A stretch of 47,295 nt of DNA from the NCBI GenBank assembly GCA_963733095.1, contig CAVTBV010000011.1:1-47295 (forward strand), read 5' to 3'. Shown piece after piece: positions 10,286 through 19,911 of this stretch (positions are counted from its first letter, which is position 1; every line of letters starts with the position of its first letter). This DNA is from Candidatus Bathyarchaeota archaeon. Its GTDB lineage: Archaea > Thermoproteota > Bathyarchaeia > Bathyarchaeales > Bathycorpusculaceae. Below the pieces are notes generated by a model that worked only from the letters and a program-made list of their open reading frames with translations, made no database searches and was not told the origin of the DNA. The translations under genes and the position numbers were made by a program.

Positions 10286-13111
10286 ATGGTTACCACAAAT
10301 CTTGACAAGATTTTCAATCCTCAAAATGTAGCAATCATCGGCGCCAGTGACGCAGAAGGCTCAGTTGGCTATGCCATAGTTAAAAATTTTACTAAGATGG
10401 GTTACTCTGGGAAAGTTTACTTTGTTAACATTCGAAAGCCTGAGATTTTAGGCGTTAAAACCTATCCCTCAGTCGACCAGATTCCTGAACCCATCGATTT
10501 AGCCATAATTGCCACTCCAGCCAAAACCGTTCCAGACGTTATGGAAGAATGCGGCAAAGCACAGGTTAAAGGAGTCATCATCGTTTCCGCGGGTTTCAAG
10601 GAAACAGGTCCCGCGGGCAAAGCTTTAGAAGAAAAAATATCTGAAGCCTCAAAGAAATACGGAATCAGAGTTATCGGACCAAACTGTATCGGCATAATTC
10701 GTCCGAGAAACAATCTCAACGCGACATTTTTAGATAAAATGCCTAAACCCGGCAACGTAGCTTTCCTATCTCAAAGCGGCGCCTTAGGTTCCGCAATCCT
10801 TGACTGGGCACTTCACGAAAATATCGGCTTTAGTAACTTTGTTTCGGTTGGATCAATGATTGACGTGGACTTTGGTGATTTAATCGATTATTTTGGTTCT
10901 GACCCGAAAACAAAAAGCATCCTCATGTATGTGGAAGGCATAACTGAAGCCCGCAAGTTCATGAGCGCTGCAAGACACTTCGCCAGAACCAAACCAATCA
11001 TAGTTGTTAAATCGGGCAAATTCTCTGAAAGCGCAAAAGCGGCTGCATCCCACACGGGTTCGCTTTCTGGGGAAGACAGCATTTATGATGCAGCTTTCAA
11101 GCGTGCTGGTATAGTTCGTGTTAATGAAATAGCTGACTTGTTTAATGCGGCTGAGGTTTTAGGAACTCAACCTTTGCCCAAAGGACCAAGACTTGCCATA
11201 ATAACCAATGCTGGTGGACCCGGCGTAATGGCGACGGACTCTTTGATTGCTCAAGGCGGCAAATTAGCCAAGTTAAGCCAGAAAACCCTCGATTCCCTCA
11301 ACGCTGTTTTGCCTCCATTCTGGAGCCATGGCAACCCAATCGATGTTTTAGGAGACGCTAAATCTGAGCGGTATAAAGCTGCAGTTGAAGCCTGCCTAAA
11401 CGATGACAACATCGATGGTATCATGATTGTTTTCACTCAGCAGGCAGTTTCAGAGTCTGTCGAAATCGCCAAAAACATAATTGAACTCGTCCGCAATAAA
11501 TCGTTCCAGAACAAAACAATCCTCACGTCCTTCATGGGTTACGGAGCCGTTCAAGAAGCAAACAACATCCTAAACGCAAACAACATCCCCACCTACTCAA
11601 CCCCTGAACAAGCAATCAGAACCTACATGTACATGTACAACTACCAACGCAACGTTGACCTGCTCTACGAAACACCCGAGGAACTCCCCGTTGATGCAGC
11701 ACCACCAAAACGTCCCATCATGGCAATTCTCAGAAATGCCGCGTTCGAAGACCGCGAAGTCTTAACTGAAGATGAAGCCAAAAAAATCCTAAAGTACTAC
11801 AATTTCCCGGTTGTGAAAACCGCGGTTGCCAACAACGTTGATGAGGCAGTTGCGTTCTCGCAGGAAATGGGGTTCCCAGTGGTTCTAAAGATTCTCTCGC
11901 CCCAAATTATACATAAAAGCGATGCTGGCGGAGTCATCCTCAACGTCAACTCGCCAAGCCAAGTCCGAGAAGCCTTCGAAATTCTTATCCAAAGAGCAAC
12001 CGCCTACAACCCGAACGCCCAAATCATCGGTGTCACTGTTCAACCAATGATCGAAAAGAAAGGGCACGAAATCATCATCGGCGGAAAAACCGACCCCGTA
12101 TTCGGTCCAGTTATCCTCTTCGGTATGGGCGGCGTCGGTGTAGAACTCTTCAAAGACTACTCTATCGGTCTGCCACCACTCAACACAACCCTCATTCATC
12201 GTATGATGGATGAAACCAAAGTTTACAGCTTACTCAAAGGCTGGAGAAACGCACCACCAGTTGACCTAAAAAAACTCGATGAAACTATACTTATGTTCTC
12301 TCAGCTGCTGGTTGATTTTCCACAGATAAAAGAGATCGACATAAACCCCCTGTTAATCAACGAAAAAGACGCCACTGTTCTTGATGCCCGCATAGTTGTC
12401 GACAAAGAAAAAGTCTGCAAAAAATTCGAACCACACGAACACATGGTTATCAGCCCGTACCCAAAAAAATACGAGGTGCTGTGGCTACTCAAGAACGGTC
12501 AAGAAGTTCTACTGCGCCCCATAAAACCCGAAGATGAACCCATGTGGCTGGAGATGTTCCAGAGCTTCTCAGAAGAATCCATCCGCTACCGCTTCTTCCA
12601 AATGCTAAAAGACACTCCACATGAAGTCCGAGTCCGCTACTGCAACATAGACTACGACCGAGAAATCGCCATTGTCGCTGAAATGGTGGAAAACGGCAAA
12701 AGAAAACTCCTCGGCGTAACCCGCCTCAGCTTTGAACCCGACGAAAAAAGCAGCGAAATGGCCTTCATCGTTAGCGACTACTGGCAAGGTTTAGGTTTGG
12801 GCACTAAAATGGTTGATTACGTGCTTGACATTGCAAAAGAAAAAGGCATGGAAAGCGTTCACGCCATCATTCTGCAGGATAACTACCGCGCCTTGAGTTT
12901 GTCAAAAAAGATGGGGTTCAAACTTGAATACTTAACCGACGGCACAGTTAAAGCAAAGTTGAACCTAAAAGAAGAAGACATCGACTTCCGCTGTGTGCAA
13001 CTAAAACTGCCAGAGCCACCACAAACAAAACAGGAAAAGCAACCACAAGAAGTACCCGTTTCCGAAGGCAAAAAAGCAATCCGTAACCAGCAAGAAGCAA
13101 CACCCGCCTAA
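10286..13111 (+). CDS. ADP-forming acetate/acyl-CoA ligase (alpha+beta) fused to a C-terminal GNAT acetyltransferase (Pat/YfiQ-like)
   Basis: GPNC, SQSG, SHTGSL, NPID, HKSDAGGV and DINP motifs; GNAT domain LRPIKPED...WQGLGLG. Confidence 0.9.
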   Translation: MVTTNLDKIFNPQNVAIIGASDAEGSVGYAIVKNFTKMGYSGKVYFVNIRKPEILGVKTYPSVDQIPEPIDLAIIATPAKTVPDVMEECGKAQVKGVIIVSAGFKETGPAGKALEEKISEASKKYGIRVIGPNCIGIIRPRNNLNATFLDKMPKPGNVAFLSQSGALGSAILDWALHENIGFSNFVSVGSMIDVDFGDLIDYFGSDPKTKSILMYVEGITEARKFMSAARHFARTKPIIVVKSGKFSESAKAAASHTGSLSGEDSIYDAAFKRAGIVRVNEIADLFNAAEVLGTQPLPKGPRLAIITNAGGPGVMATDSLIAQGGKLAKLSQKTLDSLNAVLPPFWSHGNPIDVLGDAKSERYKAAVEACLNDDNIDGIMIVFTQQAVSESVEIAKNIIELVRNKSFQNKTILTSFMGYGAVQEANNILNANNIPTYSTPEQAIRTYMYMYNYQRNVDLLYETPEELPVDAAPPKRPIMAILRNAAFEDREVLTEDEAKKILKYYNFPVVKTAVANNVDEAVAFSQEMGFPVVLKILSPQIIHKSDAGGVILNVNSPSQVREAFEILIQRATAYNPNAQIIGVTVQPMIEKKGHEIIIGGKTDPVFGPVILFGMGGVGVELFKDYSIGLPPLNTTLIHRMMDETKVYSLLKGWRNAPPVDLKKLDETILMFSQLLVDFPQIKEIDINPLLINEKDATVLDARIVVDKEKVCKKFEPHEHMVISPYPKKYEVLWLLKNGQEVLLRPIKPEDEPMWLEMFQSFSEESIRYRFFQMLKDTPHEVRVRYCNIDYDREIAIVAEMVENGKRKLLGVTRLSFEPDEKSSEMAFIVSDYWQGLGLGTKMVDYVLDIAKEKGMESVHAIILQDNYRALSLSKKMGFKLEYLTDGTVKAKLNLKEEDIDFRCVQLKLPEPPQTKQEKQPQEVPVSEGKKAIRNQQEATPA

Positions 13112-13132
13112 TCTTTTCTTTTTTATTTTTTG
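13112..13132 (+). terminator. Oligo-T archaeal terminator
   Basis: TCTTTTCTTTTTTATTTTTT directly after the stop codon. Confidence 0.55.
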
Positions 13133-13185
13133 CATTTTCTGGATAGTTTTAAATTTTCAACGCGCCACTTTAATCTGGTGGACGC

Positions 13186-14649
13186 ATGAGGAAGCTCATC
13201 TGGCTAGCATTGCTTGTCGCAACCTTGGTGACCAGCATGTTTCTGGTTGTTAACGTGTATGCCGCCACCTCTGTTTCTGGACAAATCAATTCTAACACAA
13301 CTTGGACCTTGGCTGGCAGCCCCTATAAGTTGACTGGAACAGTCTTTGTAAGTCCTGGCGTTACTTTAACCATCGAGCCTGGAGTAAACGTCGACTTCAA
13401 TATGTATTTCCTTCAGATTAACGGCGGCACATTCATTGCCCAAGGTACAAACGATAACAAGATGGTATTCTACTCCTCGTACACTTACAATTCCGTATCA
13501 ATTGCCTTCGCTTCATGTACAAGTTGGAATGAATCCACAGGTATCGGGAGCATAATTGAAAATGCGGTCTTCAATTCTGCATACGTCTCAATATATAGTT
13601 GCTCACCCAAGATAAGCAACAACTATTTTACGAATAACCGCTATACTTCACTTAACTTATCCAACAGCTCTTCGCTGGTCCTGAACAATTCCTTCGATAC
13701 CCAATCAACCGGCATCTACGTTTCAAGCATCGTTTCGGGCTCCCCAACAATCTCCAATAACTTTGTTAAATGCACCAGCATGGGTGGTTATGGAATCAAC
13801 GTTCTGAGCAACAATGCTTACGTCTCAAACAACAACGTCACCGGGTGCTACCTGGGAGTTTACGCCACTGGCAACGCAACCATCACAAATAACCTAATCC
13901 GAAACAATACTTACGGGATTTATTTTTCAGGCAACGCGACAAATGCAGCTTTGGTTGCGGGAAACATTGTCTCTAATAACAGCATCGGGATACTTATTGG
14001 AGGGGGGTCAATTAGGGATAACACCATCGGCAACAACCAGATAGGCTTGATTGTATCAACTGCATCTGCTCACATTTCGCAGAATAACATCTTTGGCAAC
14101 CCACAGTACAACTTGGGAATGTCGACACCAAACGCAGTGGATGCAAGCTATAACTGGTGGGGAACCACAGACACTTCAGCGATTAACCAGACAATTTATG
14201 ACAACAAAAACTCCACTTCCTTGGGCAAAGTCAACTTTGCACCCTTTTTGAACAATTCAAACCCAGCCGCGCCTGCCGTTGATACCCTGAACTATCTCCC
14301 AAACCCCACCCCAACCGCTATTCCCTCACCAGTGCCTGCCCCCAGCCCAACCTATGTTCCACTACCAACAAACATCACCTTGGGTCCTATCGTTACGGCA
14401 ACTCCTACGCCTATTCCAACAGAAACACCAACTCCCTCCCCAACATCAGTGCCTACTCCAAGCCCTACGCCTAAAATCATGCCTGGATCACCCCTATCTT
14501 TGGGAGGCTCAACATTCGCTGAAGCCATATCTCAATTCGACATCACGAACTTAGCTGAACTGGTGCTTATTGCTTTGGGGATTATATGGGTAATAGTAAT
14601 CTTGTTTTATGTTGGCCGAGAATTCGTCCATAAAGACCACAAAAAGTAA
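13186..14649 (+). CDS. Secreted, membrane-anchored right-handed beta-helix (NosD/PbH1-like) protein with a Pro/Thr linker
   Basis: Signal peptide, WTLAGSPY, Asn-rich repeats, ASYNWWG, PT-rich stalk and C-terminal TM helix. Confidence 0.8.
   Translation: MRKLIWLALLVATLVTSMFLVVNVYAATSVSGQINSNTTWTLAGSPYKLTGTVFVSPGVTLTIEPGVNVDFNMYFLQINGGTFIAQGTNDNKMVFYSSYTYNSVSIAFASCTSWNESTGIGSIIENAVFNSAYVSIYSCSPKISNNYFTNNRYTSLNLSNSSSLVLNNSFDTQSTGIYVSSIVSGSPTISNNFVKCTSMGGYGINVLSNNAYVSNNNVTGCYLGVYATGNATITNNLIRNNTYGIYFSGNATNAALVAGNIVSNNSIGILIGGGSIRDNTIGNNQIGLIVSTASAHISQNNIFGNPQYNLGMSTPNAVDASYNWWGTTDTSAINQTIYDNKNSTSLGKVNFAPFLNNSNPAAPAVDTLNYLPNPTPTAIPSPVPAPSPTYVPLPTNITLGPIVTATPTPIPTETPTPSPTSVPTPSPTPKIMPGSPLSLGGSTFAEAISQFDITNLAELVLIALGIIWVIVILFYVGREFVHKDHKK
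14300..14475 (+). repeat. Low-complexity Pro/Thr/Ser linker-coding region
   Basis: Encodes PNPTPTAIPSPVPAPSPT...TPTPIPTETPTPSPTSVPTPSPTP. Confidence 0.7.
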
Positions 14650-14680
14650 GATAACAGGGAGTTATCACCAAAAAATTAGT

Positions 14681-15252
14681 TCAGCTTTGAAGTTGAGCAT
14701 AACGAAAGCAATACACTAAATGGTCGTTTACCAGCCCTGCCGCCTGCATGAAGGCATAGCAAATTGTGGGTCCAACAAACTTGAAGCCCCTTGCTTTGAG
14801 TTCCCGACTCATCGTTTTGGACTGTTCTGTCTCAGCGGGCATTTCAGAGAAATCCTTGAAAGCATTCTGAACTGTTTTCCCGTTTACAAACTGCCAGATA
14901 AATTTATCAAATGAGCCGAATTCTTTTGGACTTTGAGGAATTGCTGCGAGTTTGTTATTGTTGCACAGATTTTGGCTCGATTCTTAACCACGCCAGGCGC
15001 CTTCATTAGGCGCTCAACATCTTTGGCAGTGTATTTTACTATTTTTGCGGGGGCGAAACTGTCAAATGCTGCCCTAAATGCTTCTCTCCGCTCCAAAATC
15101 AGCCACCACGACAACCCAGCTTGAAAACCATCTAAAACCAAAAACTCAAACAGTTTCTGGTCATCGTGGACAGGGATTCCCCATTCTTCATCGTGGTATT
15201 TGATGTAGAGGGGCTTGTCAACGTTCCAGCATCTTTTCAGAGGTGAAGTCAT
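14681..15252 (-). pseudogene. tag: DNA-3-methyladenine glycosylase I, frameshifted (or sequencing indel)
   Basis: RC-W...YHDEEWG...FQAGLSW in one frame; after CAAAAG (~14925) it continues in another frame as EFGSFDKFIW...GFKFVGPTICYAFMQAAGLVNDH. Confidence 0.85.
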
Positions 15253-15299
15253 GGCTTGTTGTTCCCCAAGGTTGTCGCTAACTTGCTTTGTCTGGTTGG

Positions 15300-15854
15300 T
15301 TATTTGTTGAGTTCTTTTCCAATTTTCCAAGCCTTAGCTAATTTTCCACCCATGCTGTAGTAGCTTTGGTTGTTCATTACGAACAGTATTGGCTGGACTT
15401 TTTCGATATCTACTTCGCCGTTGGTAAGGGTGTTCTTGTCGCAGTATGTGTTGACTATTTTGCCTATGAAAACGTCGTGGTTTGGGAAATCTACGGTTTT
15501 TATGAGTTCGCATTCCATGTTGATGCTGCATTGCTCAATTATAGGGGCGGTTTTGAGTGTTCCATAGAATGTTTTGAAGAGGTCTGCTTTGTTTTTGTCT
15601 TTCCCTGAATTTAAGCCACAATAGTCGGTTTCTTTAATCATCGTCGTTGATGGGACGTTGATGCTGAAGGTTTTGGCTGCTTTTATGCCTTGGTTGGTAT
15701 AGTGGCGTTTGTTCATGCCCAGCGAAACCGATTCAAGCTCCATTATGCCAACGTGTGCTATTGTGATGTAGTTGGGTTTTCCATTAACCAGTGCACCAAC
15801 CAACACAGTGGGCATGGGGTACAAACAGTTTTTTGCTCCAAGCTCAGTCTTCAT
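15300..15854 (-). CDS. Flavin reductase (flavoredoxin-like) family protein
   Basis: LYPMPTVLV, FSINVP, DYCG..SG, API..C..NMEC, H-x-FIG. Confidence 0.88.
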   Translation of the reverse strand: MKTELGAKNCLYPMPTVLVGALVNGKPNYITIAHVGIMELESVSLGMNKRHYTNQGIKAAKTFSINVPSTTMIKETDYCGLNSGKDKNKADLFKTFYGTLKTAPIIEQCSINMECELIKTVDFPNHDVFIGKIVNTYCDKNTLTNGEVDIEKVQPILFVMNNQSYYSMGGKLAKAWKIGKELNK

Positions 15855-16190
15855 TTCTAAATCCCCCAAAAAACAAATTTTCTTCAATTGAAAATGTGTT
15901 GTTTTAAGTATTTTAAGGAAGCGACGACTAATGCTATTCCTTTTCTCAATTTGTTGAGAAAGATGCCATAACTACTGAGATGTTTTCTGGGGTTTTTGGG
16001 TTTATCTTGGGCTGCTAGCACAACCAGTCTACAACCCCTGCTAACTCTGAACGCAAAAACACTAAAAAAGGCTAATAAAGCCCTATATTCCGTTTCCAAC
16101 AGAAAAGAACCTGCTGAAAAACAGGAATAATCAACTTCTGTATCCTTGAAACTCTTATATATGCCAGTTGATAATTCTCTGATGAGTGTC

Positions 16191-16499
16191 ATGGCTGAAG
16201 TTTGTTCAACATGTGGACTACCTAAGGACCTGTGCGTTTGTGGAGAAATAGAGAAAGAGCAACAGCGCATTCGTATACGTCTTGAAACCCGAAAATTCGG
16301 CAAAGCAACTACCATAATCGACGGTATGGATGATAAAAACTCGAATTTAACAAGCATCGCTCAAAAACTCAAAACATACTGTGCATGCGGCGGAACACAC
16401 AAAAACGGGCAAATAATGCTTCAAGGCGACCACCGCGACCGAGTACGCGATTTTCTCGTAAAGATGGGTTATCCACAAGAAAACATCGAACTACAATAA
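16191..16499 (+). CDS. sui1: Translation initiation factor aIF-1 (SUI1)
   Basis: CSTCGLPKDLCVC, RKFGK, LKTYCACGGT, LQGDHR. Confidence 0.95.
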   Translation: MAEVCSTCGLPKDLCVCGEIEKEQQRIRIRLETRKFGKATTIIDGMDDKNSNLTSIAQKLKTYCACGGTHKNGQIMLQGDHRDRVRDFLVKMGYPQENIELQ

Positions 16500-16523
16500 C
16501 CTCTCCGCGTAGTCTCAAGCAAG

Positions 16524-16760
16524 GTGAATCTTCTCTTTATGAAAAAGACAGATGGCATCCGCGACGTTTTCAAACACGCTAAACGCCGCAAACCAACCCA
16601 AATCTACTGTCCACGATGCGCCAGCCCAAAAATCGCCTTATCCAGCAGTTTATCAATATGGTTAACCCCCCAAGAATACTACTGTGAAAACTGCGGATAC
16701 CTTGGAATAATCGTTATGGAACTTGAAAAAGAAGACGAAGAAGAAAAAGAAGAAACCTAA
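16524..16760 (+). CDS. Small zinc-ribbon protein
   Basis: CPRC...YYCENCGY followed by an acidic tail. Confidence 0.7.
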   Translation: MNLLFMKKTDGIRDVFKHAKRRKPTQIYCPRCASPKIALSSSLSIWLTPQEYYCENCGYLGIIVMELEKEDEEEKEET

Positions 16761-16787
16761 TCTTTGATAGACTAAAGAAAATGGCCC

Positions 16788-17729
16788 TTAGTCGGGCAAT
16801 TCAAGGTTTAGTTGTTTTTTAAGGGTTTTATAGCGGTTGCGTACAGTTACTTCGGTTACGCCAGCGGCTTCAGCTATGTCTTTTTGTGTTTTCTTCTCAT
16901 TGTTTTGCAGACATGCAATGTAGAGGGCAGCAGCAGCTAAACCCATAGGGTCTTTTCCTGCAGCAGCGCGCTTCCGTCTTGCTTCTCTTAGAATTTGGAT
17001 GGCTGCCCCTTGAGTTTTTCCTGAGATACCTGTTTTTTCAGCGATTTTTGATACGTAAGTTAATGGGTCAGCAATGGGCATGTGGACATCGAGTTCTCGC
17101 AACAGAAGCCTGTAGCATCTTGCAACATCTTTTTTGTCAACTAGGCTTGCCTCAGCGATTTCTCTTAGCGTACGTGGAGTTCCACTTCCGCGGCAAGCAG
17201 CATACAAGGCAGCAGCGGCGATGGCGGCTATTGACCTGCCCCGAACTAAGCCTTTGTCGAGTGCTTTTCTGTAGACGACGGCGGCTTTCTCTTTGATTGG
17301 TGGTGGAATGTAGACTTTGTCTGATAAGCGGTCGAGCTCGGCCATGGCTTGAGCAAGGTTCCGGTCGATGGACGAGTGAACTCTGCTTCGAATTTGCCAT
17401 TTTCGAAGACGCCACATCTGCAGTCTGGTGGATAGTGGGAGTTTTCTTCCAAACGCATCTCGGTCCACTTGGCTGATGGCTGTGGATAAGCCTTTGTCAT
17501 GAACGGAATAGGAAGTAGGAACACCAACACGGCTTCTGGACGCTTTCTCTTCTTGGGTGAATGCACGCCATTCGGGTCCTTTATCCATCATTTGCTCGTA
17601 AACAACTAGCCCGCAATCGCCGCATACGGTTTCTCCTGTATCGTAATCGTGAACTAAATTCTCGCTACCGCACTCTGGGCACTTGTCTACCAAGCGCTGT
17701 GCTGTTCTAGGTTTATCTTTTGTGCTCAC
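16788..17729 (-). CDS. tfb: Transcription initiation factor IIB
   Basis: CPECG zinc ribbon, GPEWRAF B-reader, two cyclin repeats, VTEVTVRNRYK. Confidence 0.97.
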   Translation of the reverse strand: MSTKDKPRTAQRLVDKCPECGSENLVHDYDTGETVCGDCGLVVYEQMMDKGPEWRAFTQEEKASRSRVGVPTSYSVHDKGLSTAISQVDRDAFGRKLPLSTRLQMWRLRKWQIRSRVHSSIDRNLAQAMAELDRLSDKVYIPPPIKEKAAVVYRKALDKGLVRGRSIAAIAAAALYAACRGSGTPRTLREIAEASLVDKKDVARCYRLLLRELDVHMPIADPLTYVSKIAEKTGISGKTQGAAIQILREARRKRAAAGKDPMGLAAAALYIACLQNNEKKTQKDIAEAAGVTEVTVRNRYKTLKKQLNLELPD

Positions 17730-18101
17730 TGTCTTACCTCGATTTTGATGTGCGTAGAACCGTCACCATAGGCCATTCTGGCTAGAAAATAGTACATTCG
17801 GCCCTCGCAAACTAAGCAAAGGAAACGATTTAATATTTAAGGTTTGTGGTTTATTAAACCTATTGCACATAATTGCTTAGAATTGCCAAACATAAGGCTA
17901 TTCTGCCTATGGAAAATAACATAGAAAAATGTAAAAAAGGGCAAATTTGCGCGGCAGAAAATCATACTTTATTCATAGTTTTAACAAACAAAAAACAAAA
18001 CCAATGGGTTTTCAAAATCCGCCGGGAGAACGCTTAATAACAAAAAAGCTAACCATTAAACCTCTAACAATAAATAAAACTAGTGTCATTTGAAACCGTG
18101 C

Positions 18102-18177
18102 AGCCCGGTGGTGTAGTGGTCAAGCATAGAGGGCTTTGGACCCTCCGACGAGAGTTCGAATCTCTCCCGGGCTACCA
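18102..18177 (+). tRNA. tRNA-Gln(UUG), CCA encoded
   Basis: AGCCCGG/CCGGGCT acceptor with an A1-U72 pair, anticodon arm GAGGG-ctTTGga-CCCTC, GTTCGAATC. Confidence 0.95.
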
Positions 18178-18206
18178 TCCTCTAGAGTTAATTTTATACA
18201 AATCTG

Positions 18207-18236
18207 AATGGCGAAGGGGCTCGCCATTATTTTAGT
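18207..18236 (+). terminator. Hairpin plus T-run downstream of tRNA-Gln
   Basis: AATGGCGA-AGGGGC-TCGCCATT followed by ATTTTT. Confidence 0.45.
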
Positions 18237-18845
18237 ATTTGGGGCTTGATTTGCGTTTGGATTTATGTTACTTAGTCAGTAATGCCGCAGCTATTTTCTG
18301 CAACACTCAATCAGCGCCCTTAAGCGGCAAACCCGATTCTCCCGATTAAGCGCTTGTTGCTTTAAACCTGCCGCGGAGTGCAAAGGCATTGGGTTTGCTT
18401 ACATGCTTGTACACTCACGTCCACACTTCTCTGCATGGGTTCTATGTAGAGCGGTGTGGGTAGACATTCTTCCCACACTAAAACCGAATTAGGAAAAAAG
18501 CCTAAACAAGAAAAGCAAACGTTTCCAAAGCCCACAGTGTAGTGTGCAATTTAAAGGGCGCCACACCCACACAAAGAAAAAAAGAAACACAGGCAATAGA
18601 GCTTCTAACCAAAAAGGTGTTGGCTGAAGGTGGAATCACCCAAGAAGAATAGGCAAACTTCGAAAGCCATCAGCTCCCAGTGATAGGCAGCCAATAATTC
18701 AGCAAGCGGAAACAGGATAAATTCATCTCAAGACTGTTGAACCCCAGCGGACCAACATACACGTTCTACCATTCAGAAAAAAAGGTTTTCAGGATGCAGT
18801 TTATATAATAATTTAGAGTAAATACACAAAATGGGGTTAATTTAA

Positions 18846-18962
18846 ATGGCGGACTTGAAAGGTTGTCCTTTTGGACAAGATATACAAGATGATTGCAAAA
18901 ACTGCGATTACTCAAAAAGCAACCACTATGATTTGGCTTCCGGGAAATGTGTAAAAAGGTAA
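18846..18962 (+). CDS. 38-aa Cys-rich microprotein (not in the ORF track)
   Basis: MADLKGCPFGQDIQDDCKNCDYSKSNHYDLASGKCVKR*; upstream TTTATATAA (~18800) and GGGGT SD-like site. Confidence 0.6.
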   Translation: MADLKGCPFGQDIQDDCKNCDYSKSNHYDLASGKCVKR

Positions 18963-19060
18963 CGCACCTGACATTATTTGAGCATACCCTGAAAATTTGG
19001 ACTTTAGCCTGATTCTTAAAGGATGTTACTTTTTTTCAAAATCTACTGTGGCAGTGGCTT

Positions 19061-19879
19061 TTAGGGTTTACCGTTTGTCCGTTTGGCATTGCTTGCGATG
19101 ATTTGGTAACCGACTATAGCTGAATAGAAGGCGTATGACAGAAGAAGAATTGGGCGGTGTACAGCGTACTTTAGGTCGCTGACCATGAATTCTACGTGTT
19201 TTCGCATGGTCCACACATTTTCGGGTCTAAAATGGATGCAATAGGGCTCATAGACCCCCAGTACCTTGAAGCCTTTTTTCTCTATCCAATCTTTGATGTA
19301 TCCATCCTCGTAGGTGTGCAGTTTAAACGGTATTTTGATATCTTCGACTGTAGTTCGTCGAATTAGGGTGTCGTGGGTTCCACCTCTTTTTTCGAATATT
19401 TTAAGTGTAACCCTCTCAAAGAGGTTTAGGATTTTCCATCCTCTCAAAACTGACCAAATCTCGATCCCCCAAACTGCACCAACGTTATCATCCACAAGTT
19501 TTTGCGCCTCAACAAACCAGTTCTTTGACAAAATCACGTCGCTGTCGACGAACATGAACCATTCACTCTTAACCCTCCTAATTGCTGTCTGCCTAGCGCT
19601 GCCTCTTGTTCCTTTTTCCTGAACAAAGATAACGTTTCCATATTTTTCTTGGAACTCCTGAATTATTTCGACTGTGTTGTCAGTTGAGTAGCCGTCAACA
19701 ACAATCAGGTTTTTAACTGGTACATTTTCATAAATAGAGTTAATACATTCCCTGAGCATACGTTCACTGTTCATGGTAAGAATTGCAACATCTATGGCCC
19801 CTATTTTATTCGAAGAAGAAGTTTTTGATCGTTTGCCGTCATCTTTTTTTGGCTGAGTCGGTGATTGCTTGTCGGGCAA
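19061..19879 (-). CDS. Glycosyltransferase family 2
   Basis: VVDGYSTDNT and FVDSD (DxD) motifs. Confidence 0.88.
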   Translation of the reverse strand: MPDKQSPTQPKKDDGKRSKTSSSNKIGAIDVAILTMNSERMLRECINSIYENVPVKNLIVVDGYSTDNTVEIIQEFQEKYGNVIFVQEKGTRGSARQTAIRRVKSEWFMFVDSDVILSKNWFVEAQKLVDDNVGAVWGIEIWSVLRGWKILNLFERVTLKIFEKRGGTHDTLIRRTTVEDIKIPFKLHTYEDGYIKDWIEKKGFKVLGVYEPYCIHFRPENVWTMRKHVEFMVSDLKYAVHRPILLLSYAFYSAIVGYQIIASNAKRTNGKP

Positions 19880-19911
19880 ATGTATTCTCTCTCCTTAGGC
19901 AACAGTCGTTT

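Noticed and set aside
14300-14475. Repetitive C-rich DNA as a CRISPR or tandem array
   Set aside because: Explained by Pro/Thr linker codons; there is no constant repeat-spacer period
15884-16357. 157-aa minus-strand ORF and similar antisense ORFs across the window
   Set aside because: Shadows of well-supported genes on the opposite strand, with no recognisable motifs
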